From positions 3,846,001 to 3,910,000 of the forward strand of contig OZ249436.1 in NCBI GenBank assembly GCA_965235115.1: a stretch of 64,000 nucleotides of DNA. The letters are read 5' to 3'. The translations under genes were made by a program, and so were the position numbers. The notes under the pieces are model-generated. The model was given only the letters and a program-made list of their open reading frames with translations, was not told the DNA's origin and ran no database searches. This stretch comes from Laetmonice hystrix. Its lineage: Eukaryota. Of this stretch, positions 41,101 through 52,088 are shown piece after piece (position 1 is the first letter of the stretch; each line of letters starts with the position of its first letter).

Positions 41101-41314
41101 ACTGAAAATGATCACAATTTTTCCGTCTTTTTAGGTGGCAAGCTGGATTTGGTGGGTTAACTCTTGGATCAACCCATTCATCTATGTCTGGAAGAGCGCT
41201 GACTTCAGGAAGGCCATGAAGGAACTTCTTGGCATGAAGAGCTCAGCGGTGTCTGACTTGGCGACTACTGGTACAAGGCCAGAAGCTCTCACATTAAATA
41301 ATGGCAACGTCTGA
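38108..41314 (+). CDS. Rhodopsin-family (class A) GPCR, 346 aa, ligand unknown
   Basis: Phase-0 exons 38108-38812, 40383-40538, 41135-41314. Motifs: TM1 GN, TM2 NLAVTD, TM3 SIDRL, TM4 W, TM6 CYAP, TM7 NSWINPFIY, helix 8 FRKAM; N-terminal N-glycosylation sequons. Confidence 0.93.
38917..39061 (+). repeat. 33-bp tandem repeat, 4-5 copies
   Basis: TTACGGGTGAGCTAGGCCTGCCCCTCGCGTTAT repeated. Confidence 0.85.
40585..40872. mobile_element. TA-flanked MITE at start of GPCR intron 2
   Basis: TA|CACTCTAAAACAG ... AAACACGTTTTTTACAGTG|TA; the paralogous pseudogene intron shows the empty site (36190-36230). Confidence 0.75.
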
Positions 41315-42554
41315 TCTTCACGACCGCCACCTGAACCCCTCGATCCCCACAGTCCACACGAGGGGCGCCGCCAAAACACAGCCACGACCTACAGCTACTA
41401 CTTACTCTATAGGAGCGCCATATGTATCGCAACATGTGCCCGACCATCAGCACCAAATTTATAGCATGATTGATAAGTTTGTTGTTAGGTTAAGGAGCCA
41501 CACTTTTGGATTTTTTTGTCGCTCGTTTAGGAGTTGCGGTAATGATCTGTAGTATTACAATGATTATCCCATCCCCCGATCTTGAAATTGTGTGGTTTCG
41601 TCTTCTGTATTATTATTATCCCATCCCCACACTGGCTGAGCCCGTCTTAACTACAGGATGATAAGCTCACACAAACCTTTGAATATTTACAAGGTGGGGA
41701 CGTCAAACACTCTACTTTAACAGATTATAAAGTTCAATTAGCAACATATATAATTAACAACACAGAGACCAATTATTTAGGAGAAGGACGTGAAGACAGG
41801 CGGTGAATTTGACCATTCGACCCCCACCATCTGGTTACCGATCTGGAACATTTAGTGCTCAAAGTCCACCTCACATTTGCTCCAAAAGTATTCATCTTAT
41901 ATCATTGATAAATACCATACGTGATGCCTAATCTGTCCTCTTTTAGAAAATATAAAATTCACTTTTGGGAAAGCTATATTTATTATGAAAACACCGATTT
42001 ATGAAGAAAAGTTTTAAGTAGGAGAGACGCGTGGTGGCTGCAAGTTATTATATCACTCGAGCGGGTGCGTGGAAGGGAGAGGGGGTCCTGGACAGAGGAT
42101 AATATTAATAAGGGTGTGCTATGAGGGGGCTATCATTTGATATTTTATCCCTGTAATCTGTCGTAGGGTTGGCATAGCATGTATTTTCTTGTGGTATACC
42201 ATCTATTGTATTGCAGTGTATTGTATGTATCTCTCAGCTTTGACCGCTATGTAGTACTGAACAAGCGCATATAACATGCCCGCCATCAGGTCAGTCAGTC
42301 AAAGGAGCCGGTCAGCGGGCCACCGGCCAATAACCAGTGTCCATCCTTTAGACTGGGACAGGGACAACCCAGTAAACGAGGGGATATATATAGGAGCACC
42401 AAGAGAGAGAGACTTGGGGAGAAGGAGGAGAGAAAGGACAGAGATATATAGATTTGACGATGAGGGACACTGACCGCGTGGCATATTGGTCGAAGATAAC
42501 CGTGTGCCTCAGCAATTAAAGCTTCAAACCTCAAACGACGACTCTACTGAGTTA

Positions 42555-42950
42555 TTCTCCCCACTATCATAGAGAAATGTTAACAAAGGTTTCTCCCAAC
42601 TATCATAGAGAAATGTTAACAAAGGTTTCTCCCCACTATCATAGAGAAATGTTAACAAAGGTTTCTCCCAACTATCATAGAGAAATGTTAACAAAGGTTT
42701 CTCCCAACTATCATAGAGAAATGTTAACAAAGGTTTCTCCCAACTATCATAGAGAAATGTTAACAAAGGTTTCTCCCCACTATCATAGAGAAATGTTAAC
42801 AAAGGTTTCTCCCAACTATCATAGAGAAATGTTAACAAAGGTTTCTCCCAACTATCATAGAGAAATGTTAACAAAGGTTTCTCCCAACTATCATAGAGAA
42901 ATGTTAACAAAGGTTTCTCCCAACTATCATAGAGAAATGTTAACAAAGGT
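42555..42950 (+). repeat. 36-bp minisatellite, 11 copies
   Basis: Unit TTCTCCCAACTATCATAGAGAAATGTTAACAAAGGT. Confidence 0.95.
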
Positions 42951-43960
42951 GAATATAGCTAGCAACTCTGATTGGCAAGCAATACCGGTAGGATCCCATT
43001 CCCCCCAGTGGATTTCTATCACTATCTACATTTTACTGTCATTTAATTTGACCCTTCTGTGATCCGGCCGCCTGTTCCCCGTTTATGTGGAAGATGATAT
43101 TTTCTAGGGTATCTTCATTTAAATGACATTTTGCAAGTTTTAAATTATTATAGTCGCCATGCATTACCTTTCAAGGCATTTAAAACACTAACCACAGATA
43201 TCAAGTAGCCCCTGGCCATCCCAGTGGCATATAAAGACAGTGGTGAAATCTATTCACACCACTGGCTCACTGAACCAACGGCAGATAGATCAGAAAGAAT
43301 GATCTATTAAATTTTAAATAGAAGGCAGCCTAACAGAGTTTTGTTTTATTGCTCCCCTCCAATATAAGATTCCAGAAAATATGTAGTACTCCGACAGTTA
43401 GTTACACGTTCAGCTCTAAAGCACCATTCAGTCGCTAGGTTCGTTGTGTACATAGAGATTCCACCAAACCCACTCTGACTGGGAGGGCCCAGGGAGTCGT
43501 CACGAACGGCCCTTATCAGCAGCAGTACGAGAGTCGGGCGGCGACCTCACAGTAAGCGGTCTGTCAGAGACCCCTCAACCATCCTCGTAACAAACATTTT
43601 ATTCTGAAGACTATACCCATTAAAACTTACAATTCTTGCCTCATTACCTTTTCATAAAAAGAACTAAAGTGGTATACTTGACTCTATACACTTTGTAATT
43701 ATTGTATGCACATCGCTATCTTAAACACGTTTCAAGACAGACATTTATGCAAAAAAAAAGCAAAGTGACCAATCTTTAATAGATTCCTATCTCATTGAAG
43801 CAGTTTTAGTACAATGTGCCAAAAGTGACTAATTTCAAAGTCACGTGACTTATCTTAATATTGGTCAAATGCCTGATTTCAAAACGTTCCTATAAAGAGC
43901 CATTTTGTGAGATTCTTCAGAGAGATTTTCACTACAGGTTTCAAAATATCTATAAGATAT

Positions 43961-44006
43961 AGAAGAAGAAGAAGAAGAAGAAGAAGAAGAAGAAGAAGAA
44001 GAAGAA
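43961..44006 (+). repeat. (AGA)n microsatellite
   Basis: ~15 AGA units. Confidence 0.95.
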
Positions 44007-46050
44007 TACATCTGTTTTACATAATATTAGGTCATTATTGCAATGTTTGTATCCATATCTGGTATTGTAATTCGCTCCTGGAATTTTTGCATAGTATTCG
44101 TCACGTACGTTCGCTCATAAAAAAGAGAGCACTTCAGTCTTCACTTTAAGGGGCATCGAAGTATTTCTATATCAAAACCATGTAATATGACTACCTCCAT
44201 CTGTTGGCATTGTATAAATATGGTGTGCTTCTTGAAATTATTCAAAATAACTGTAAAACATTTCCGTCACGTACGTTCGCTACAGATAAATGGTTGTGAA
44301 GTGTATGCTTCCCATTTGAGTGTCTTCTCCAAATATTAACAGTAGATGCACCTCACCTACAGCTTTCATTTCCGCTACCTCACTGTACTGTTTGCTTGGG
44401 TACTAGGCCAGCCAGTACCATGTAGGGACTTCTCACAGTACTGTGGCCTCACTGTACTGTTTGGCCTCACTGTACTGTTTGCTTGGGTACTTGGGCAGCC
44501 AGTACCATGTAGGGACTCCTCACTGTACTGTTTGGCCTCCCTGTACTGTTTGGCCACACTGTACTGTTTGCCCTCACTGCATTGTTTGACCCTCACTGCA
44601 TTGTTTGGCCTCACTGTACTGTTTGCTTGCGTACAACGGTAGCCAGTAGTGTAGGGACGCCTCACTCTACTGTTTGGCCTCAATGTACTGTTTGCCCTTA
44701 CTGTACTGTTTGGCCTTACGGGTTACAGAGGGGTCTAATCACAAAGAAAAACTACAGTTAGGTCGGGTATATGGCCCTAATCACTACAGTCAGGTGAGGT
44801 ACATAAGGTCCACAGTCAGGTGGGATATATAGGGCCCTAATCACTACAGTCAGGTGGGGTATATTTAGTGGTTAGATCCTGGCCTTTGGTGGTCGCCCGA
44901 GGGTCTGGTGTCAGATAACCCTTCCCGGGGGGCGAAGCCCCGAGGGAATGGTTATCTTACGCCAGACCCGAGGGCGACCACCAAAGGCCAGGGTCTAATG
45001 CCTTTATAAACCAAATTTTCAAGCGCTTGACACTACATTTACTCACATTTTTTGGCGTTTGTTTGTGCATGCCCGTTACGCCTTCCCGTGGCCATTCCGT
45101 TGTGTCATCCATTGACATCCCATAATATGTTCGACCCATATGCAAATTTTCAAACCTCTAACCTTATTGGTGGAGCCGTCTTTATGTCCCGCCCACCTTG
45201 TTGGCTGCCAGTTTGGCGACTTTAGGCTCGCTCCAACATGTAAACAAACACAATCTAACATAATGTTGGCAAGATATGTCTATTTTATACAGCCAATCTT
45301 CAGTTCTTGGCCGTAGATCCTTTTCATGATATCTATACATATAAAGCATGTTCAGGCTTTGGTAAACGTCGGCGGAGACCGAGTTGGAGTTGGCGAACTT
45401 TTAATTTATGCAGACGTCATAGACAGGTCACGTGATTGATAACCCTCCCTCCATGGAGATAGGTAGGCCTATATGGCAAGATAACCCCCTCCGGTGACGT
45501 CACAGAGCGTGACATAGTCCATCAACTACATATGGATAACGAAGTGCGACGGATATACTACGGCTAAGCGGTTTATAAGGGTTCCTAATCACTCCCTGGA
45601 GGCAGGTGGCGTATATGAGTCATAATTTTAAACCATGTACATTTGCCTATTTTTAGACTTTCTGCAACTCAAGGTCAAATAAAATCAAACGAAATGCATA
45701 AATATGTGATTTTCCTTGAAATCTTTCCTATGAATGTCATTGCTACCTCCTTCAGTGTGCACAAATATGCTTGTACTGGCCAGGGAATGATTTAAAACGC
45801 TAAATAGGCCTACATCTGTTTTACATAATATTAGGTCATTATTGCAATGTTTGTAGATCTGGTATTGTAATTCGCTACTGGAATTTTTGCATAGTGTTCG
45901 TCACGTACGTTCGCTCATAAAAAAGAGAGCACTTCAGTCTTCACTGTTTAAGGGGCATCGAAGTATTTCTATATCAAAACCATGTAATATGATTACTTCC
46001 ATCTGTTGGCATTGTATAAATATCGTGTGCTTCTTGAAAGTATTCAAAAT
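44007..46050 (+). repeat. ~240-bp dispersed direct repeat (44007-44248 and 45811-46050)
   Basis: TACATCTGTTTTACATAATATTAGGTCATT...TATTCAAAAT present twice, nearly identical. Confidence 0.9.
44872..45580. mobile_element. Element with ~60-bp terminal hairpin and short sub-terminal inverted repeats (Helentron/HINE-like)
   Basis: Hairpin 44872-44998 with GCGAAGC loop; TTATAAACC (45004-45012) / GGTTTATAA (45570-45578); interrupts a CCCTAATCACTACAGTCAGGTGG tandem repeat. Confidence 0.55.
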
Positions 46051-46797
46051 GACCTAAAGAAAATGTTCTCTCGAAAAGACGTGTGATTTCAAAGACCACC
46101 GTCCGCAGCCGTCTGCTGGATATGCCGATGCCACCTGGTGGCCATCATGATAACTATGGGCCTACATCTATCATATCAATAAGACGTAGCGTTCCCGACC
46201 CCGTCGCTGTGTGTGAAATCATGCATACATTTTTAAGGCCCGGCCACACAGGCACGTCAATAACACATGCCCGTCTACATGACATGCCCGGGGGGGGGGG
46301 GGGGGGGGTAATTCAGCATTCCCCTGGTAGGCCTACCTAATTAAGTAGTTCTAAAATATGTGATTTGGCAACGTTCAGCAAAACATACATGAATCGCGAG
46401 CGGCGTCCGCCTGTTCTGAACGCCCATGGACTTTGCCGAAATTGACGCACCCGACTCTTGACGTACCGTAGGCCTACGTATACCGGGTCGGAGTCGTATC
46501 CAATGTGACCAGCCCCGTTTAACATGGCGACTGAACAATTCTTGAGTCAGTTCAGACGTCAAGGGACGGATACCCATCCTGTCTGGCGATTGGCCAGGCT
46601 ACCCCGGGACACGTGGCTCCGTCTGTCGGAGAGACGTGTGCACAATAAAATATCCAGTCGATTGTATATGAATATTCATTTAATTGAGCTCAGAACAGGC
46701 AGTCGGTGCCTGCTAACCACATCTAGCGCTTTCCATGAAACTGTCACGATTGCAATGTAGCCTACAGTTCGAAGCATTTACTAAAGTAACAACTGTA

Positions 46798-49700
46798 ATG
46801 GCGAAAGTGCAGAAGAGGTGTTTCTTGCCATATTTGATTCTTGTCCATACGAACATATTGTACAGCATAGCGGGAACCACTATTTCTGATCCAAGATTAC
46901 TCCATCCACCCGCATGCCTCGGCCTGCCGCCTGGGGCGCCGACAGAGGCGTACGTCAAGGTCGGCGATGTCATGGTGGGTGCGATTCTGTCGATCCGACA
47001 CGTCAGTCATACTGACGTCAATCATCCGTGCAGTACCAGTGTCTCCGACTCGCGTCTCCAGCAGAGCGTGGAAGCGTTCGTATACGCCGTCAGGGAGATT
47101 AACCGAGACGTGACGATTTTACCGAATGTGACCTTGGGGTTTGTCATTCAGGACGACTGCAGACGACCGTCAGTGGCTTTAGCAAGGGCCATTAGTCTTG
47201 TAGCAAACTATGACGTCCCGGGGCAGGACCAGACGTGTGGAGTCCGGGCCAACTGGAGTCAATATGGCGGGGATGGCGGTGGGCCGGGGCAGGGGCCAGC
47301 GGGGCAGGGGCAGGGGCCGGCGGGGCAGGGACCGGCGGGGCAGGGGCCAGCGGGGCAGGGACCGGCGGGACAGGGACCGGCGGGGCAGGGACCGGCGGGG
47401 CAGGGACCGGCGGGGCAGGGGCCGGCGGGGCAGGGACCGGCGGGGCAGGGACCGGCGGGGCAGGGACCGGCGGGGCCTGTGCCCCCCTCCCCCGGCAGGA
47501 TCCCGGCAGGGGTGGTGGCAGTGATAGGACCCACGGCCAGCCACAGAGTGGCAGCGGTGTCCACCTTCCTCAGCCTCTACCGGGTCCCCATCCTGAGTCC
47601 GGAGGCGACGAGTGACGAACTTGACGACCAGTTCGAATACCCATTCTTCATGCGAGTTGTGCCCCCTGACAGGTTCCAAGCGGACGCCATCGCCGACTTC
47701 ATCAGCTTCTTTAACTGGACCTATGTGTCCTTAGTGCACAGCGACAACAAATATGGGATTAATATAGCACGGCGATTAATTTTCGGGTTTAAAAGTCGTA
47801 ATATCTGCGTCGCGCTTACAACTGACATAAGTACGTCAAAAGCAAGCCACTCTGCGGAAAGTCTACTTGAACAGCTCCGTCATTACAGCAGTGCTCGGGT
47901 CGTGATCCTGGCTCTGTCACTGGCAGAAGGCAGGGATTTTCTGCACGCCGTACGGGTCCTCAAGGCAGCGGGGGAATTCATATTTATTGCAACCGAGACC
48001 TTCGATCAGAGAATTACTTCAGGATATGAAGACGAAGTCCTTGGTCTTTACTCGCTCGCTATTCCGTTGGGCAGAGACGAGGGGTTTGCAGAGCATTTCG
48101 CTAATCTTAATCCCTGGAATAACCAAGCCAATCCATGGTATTCGGAGCTATGGCAAAATGTCTGTAACTGTACTTGGAACCCGGGAGATAGGGAAGGTAG
48201 AACACATTGTTCCAGTTTTAGACAAATCCAAGATTGCGGCGATTACACTTTCTCTGAATGGACCTCCAAGTTGATAGATTCGGTCTATGTGGTGGCGCAT
48301 GCCTTGAACAAACTTGCTGAGAGTGATTGTTCTGTCCCTGCCGCCTTCTCTCCGACCGCCTTCCGTAACTGTATATCTGGACCTCTGCTCCTGGCTGAAA
48401 TGGCGAAGGTGAACTTTACCGGTGTTTCCGGTCAGGTGACCTTTGACGGCGGAAGCAGTCCGCTAGCACGGTACGACATTATGCAGCAAGGTCATTCTAA
48501 CGGGGGCTATACCCGGCGGACGGTGGCGACTTGGAGACAGGCAATGGATGGGATAAACGGGCTGACCCTGACAGGTACTCCAGAATTTTACCTGAAGGAC
48601 AAAGAGAGGCCGTTTGGTGACCAGGGAAAGATTACTCGGACCCTGGTAGTTCCGTTATCCGAGTGTAGCCGGCCGTGTGAGATAGGGTTTGCATACGCCA
48701 TGCACCACGCACCTTGCTGTTGGCACTGCCAGCAATGTCAGAAAAATGAAATCGTCAACGACAATGAGACATCATGCCTCCAATGTCCTCGGTTCCACTG
48801 GCCTGAGCCAAGATTACGAAAGCAATGCCTGCAAATCACACCAACCTATCTGGACTGGAAAACTTCCTTCGGAGTCGCCCTGGTGGCGACCGCCGCGGTG
48901 GGACTATGTGCCATCATTATTTGGATACTGATCACAGTGACAGTCAAAGAAAGAATAATAATAAAGGCCTCCAGTCTGCCCCTGTTAATATTCACATCCA
49001 CCGGCATCCTTCTCATGTTTATCAGCGCTGTGTCCTTCACGCTGCCACCAACCCTGATCCGGTGTAACCTCAGTCACTTTGGTTTCCATGCAAGCTCCAC
49101 CATGTTGTACGCGCCACTCCTCCTGAAGACCGCCATGATACACCGCATCTTTATGTCCTCAAAAAAATGTCGCCGACCACGGCGTCTCATCACTGTTCGA
49201 GCTCAACTGATCATGGCGGCGGCGATCGTCGTCTTCCAGGTTCGTATGACACTACACATCTGTATTTTCTTTTTTTGTCAATAGAATTTAACGAAATACG
49301 TTCAGTTATTCGTGATTATAGACCTCCACTCTGTGCCAAGCCTGACCTGCCAATAAGAAAGTCCACAGAAAGTGAACGTAATAGGCTCAGATATACCAGG
49401 CCCGGTTTCTTGGTGGAGCTTGAGCTGAAATTCTTGGCTCAAGCTCAAGGATTTGAAGCTTGAGCCAAGGATTCTCGGCTCAAGCTCAAATTTGGGTTTC
49501 ACAGTCATGTCCCAGCTCAAGCTCAAGCTCAACGGCCGTCTGACTGTGAAACCCAAATTTGAGCTTGAGCCGAAAATCCTTGGCTCAAGCTCCAAATCCT
49601 TGAGCTTGAGCCAAGAATTTCAGCTCAAACTCCACCAAGAAACCGGGCCCTGACTGTGTTGACTTGTCTTATATAATACTCAATGTACACGTATATGTGA

Positions 49701-50406
49701 TATATCCAAGCAAACAGTAGGAAGTGTGTAACAGCCGTATTCTTCCTCTGTTTATCCTTGCAGTGTCTCCTCATTGAGACTGTATCTACAGTTGTGTGGC
49801 TGGTTAATGAGCCCAGCGAAGAGTCGGTGATTGGTAACACCCGTATTCTGCCTCTGTTTATCCTTGCAGTGCCTGCTCATTGAGACAGTATCTACAGTCG
49901 TGTGGCTGGTTAATAACCCTAGCGAGGAGTCGGTGAATGGCGACATGCCCCTCCCCACGGTTCCTCAACGATTCATGCCACCAAGTTCACGTCAAGTCGT
50001 CCTGTTCTGTGCCACGTACACAGCCTCGTTTTACACGCCCATCTTGTTCAATCTCCTCCTGATATTATTGTGTCTAACCTTCGCCTTCCTCACACGGAGT
50101 TTACCCGAGGCTTTCAATGAGACTTGGTATATCTTACTAACAGTTATTAGTACGTTAGTGGTTTGGTTATCGTTTCTAACATCACATGCTATCGTACCAC
50201 AGAGGGAGTACAAGGAGGCCCTCCTGTCCCTGGCCCTGTCCGTCGGCGGCCACTCGGCTCTTCTCTTTCTATACGCTCCCAAGATCTACGCCTTAATGTT
50301 CCTGAATGATACGGATATTGTTATTTCAAAGTTTTCTAATGAAAACAAATCTAGGCCATCTCTAACGATTACCTCCGGTGGAGACCAGGGCGGATCACTG
50401 AAGTGA
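46798..50406 (+). CDS. Class C GPCR, metabotropic glutamate receptor-like (VFT + cysteine-rich + 7TM)
   Basis: Exons 46798-49239 (start could be 46735) and 49870-50406. Motifs: ILPNVTLG..IQDDC, VVAVIGP, ATSDEL, YPFFMRVVPPDRFQA, FNWTYVS, NPWY.ELWQ, SECSRPC, CCWHC, KASS, LLLKT..I.RIF, TRSLPEAFNET, YAPKIY. Confidence 0.93.
47284..47477 (+). repeat. Coding 15-bp repeat, (QGPAG)x12
   Basis: CAGGGACCGGCGGGG units in frame inside the class C GPCR exon. Confidence 0.93.
49397..49652. mobile_element. Near-perfect ~250-bp palindromic MITE in class C GPCR intron
   Basis: CAGGCCCGGTTTCTTGGTGGAG ... CTCCACCAAGAAACCGGGCCCTG; ~110-bp arms; CAG/CTG flanks. Confidence 0.85.
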
Positions 50407-52088
50407 TGGTGAGATTATTACTTTAAAAATGTTATTGATGTAAACGTACGGTATACTGCAATTGCAAATGTGTAGGTGCAGCTTTATACCAATGAACCAG
50501 GTCACCCCTGTAGGGCGGAAATGATGTTTTTTGTCGTATAAACCTACATAAAATAGGATCGTTTCCCGCGCAGCCCTTCTTATGTTGATGCAAGCTAGTA
50601 AAGTTGTATGATTTCATAAATACTGCAAACTGAATGTGTCGCGGCTGCTAAGAACGATCGAGACTGCAAATCCAGTCATGGCCGGGCTTGGATGACCGAA
50701 TCGGAAACATAGATGTGCGACATCGATTGAATGGGAGAGATCTACGGCTGAGGAGAACTGTGGTCTCCCAGACTGCATATAACCTCATTCCCTACTCGGG
50801 GATAGTCATAAAGACTAACAGGGATAGTCAGAAAGGCTAACATTATAGACGAAATGACTGATTACTTTCGCCGGAAATGCATGCTGATCACGTCGTGATT
50901 GTCAGGAAGATCAAGATCCGGCGTGGAAGCATAGGCTAGCCCTCGTAAGTGAATCCATCTTGAAACATCCATTGCTGTTTGCTACAGAAGGTTAAAGATC
51001 AGTCATCAACGATTCTTACAGACTAAGTTTATGCCAAGTTAATAGATGTTCTGTCGAAGAACGGCAATAATAGAGACGTAGTTGAGTCGTTGGGCCTAAT
51101 GCTAGATCTAGAAATTTTGGGGGGAGTAGCTGAAAAAAGGGCCTGCAGGAAACCTGTATACAATAACAATATAGTGTAGTGTAGTCATTTTGACCATGAG
51201 GTTAGTCATTTTGACCAACACATTTGACTAGTTTAGAAAACAGGAATACAACGGTCCAAACTGACCAACCATGTTAGGAGGGTGCGGAAAGGGAGGTGAT
51301 CCGGACGCTTCGCTCTGAAGTGGTGTTTTTATTATTGGATTTCCAAAGTATTTTTCCAATGCCTCTATGCTCAGCAATGCTTGTATCTATCATTTTATCA
51401 TCACGGAGAGGAAGACAGTTCATTACATACATGCCTATACTAGACCTGGGGAGTGTGCATTGTTACAGAAACATTATACAGTAGTGTGCATTGTTGAAGA
51501 AACATTATACAGTACCTTGTAACATGTTGGCATTCAGTATACTCACACACTCCCGTAAAATAACAGCCGTATAATGGCGACTCACACGGCAGTGTATATA
51601 CTCAGTGGGGATGACTATCCACCTATGTTCCCTGTCAGTGTACACCAACCAATATTCTGAACAAATCAGTAATAAACCTTGGGAACAGGCCTTTGTAATC
51701 CGAGCTCTGTTTCACTTAGGTTTGGGTTTTGCAACGGGTGAGATGCTCACGTGATTGCGGCTATAGTCGCGCGTTCTGTGAAAAGGGTGTAAAGTCGCCC
51801 GGCCAACACTCTATCGCGTAGGTGGGCTGCAGGTCTAGAAAAAGACGCGCGTCATTCCAAATTTGCTGGTTTTAAATATTTAAAAAAAATAGTCACGAAA
51901 TCCAATTAGGCAAGTAGGCAGTGCTATGGAACATAATTACCAGACTATATTATACAAGCAGTATTTTCGCCAATTTGTAAAATCTACATATATGAAATAA
52001 GTGCCATGATTCCTTTAACTTTACTTGTTCCCATGTTCCGCTGGCTATACGAAAAAGTCACGTATATATTTGTTTTATGGTGTTTTGA

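Noticed and set aside
42159..42569. Solo LTR (TG...CA, TATA-like, ATTAAA)
   Set aside because: No matching TSD or convincing terminal inverted repeat.
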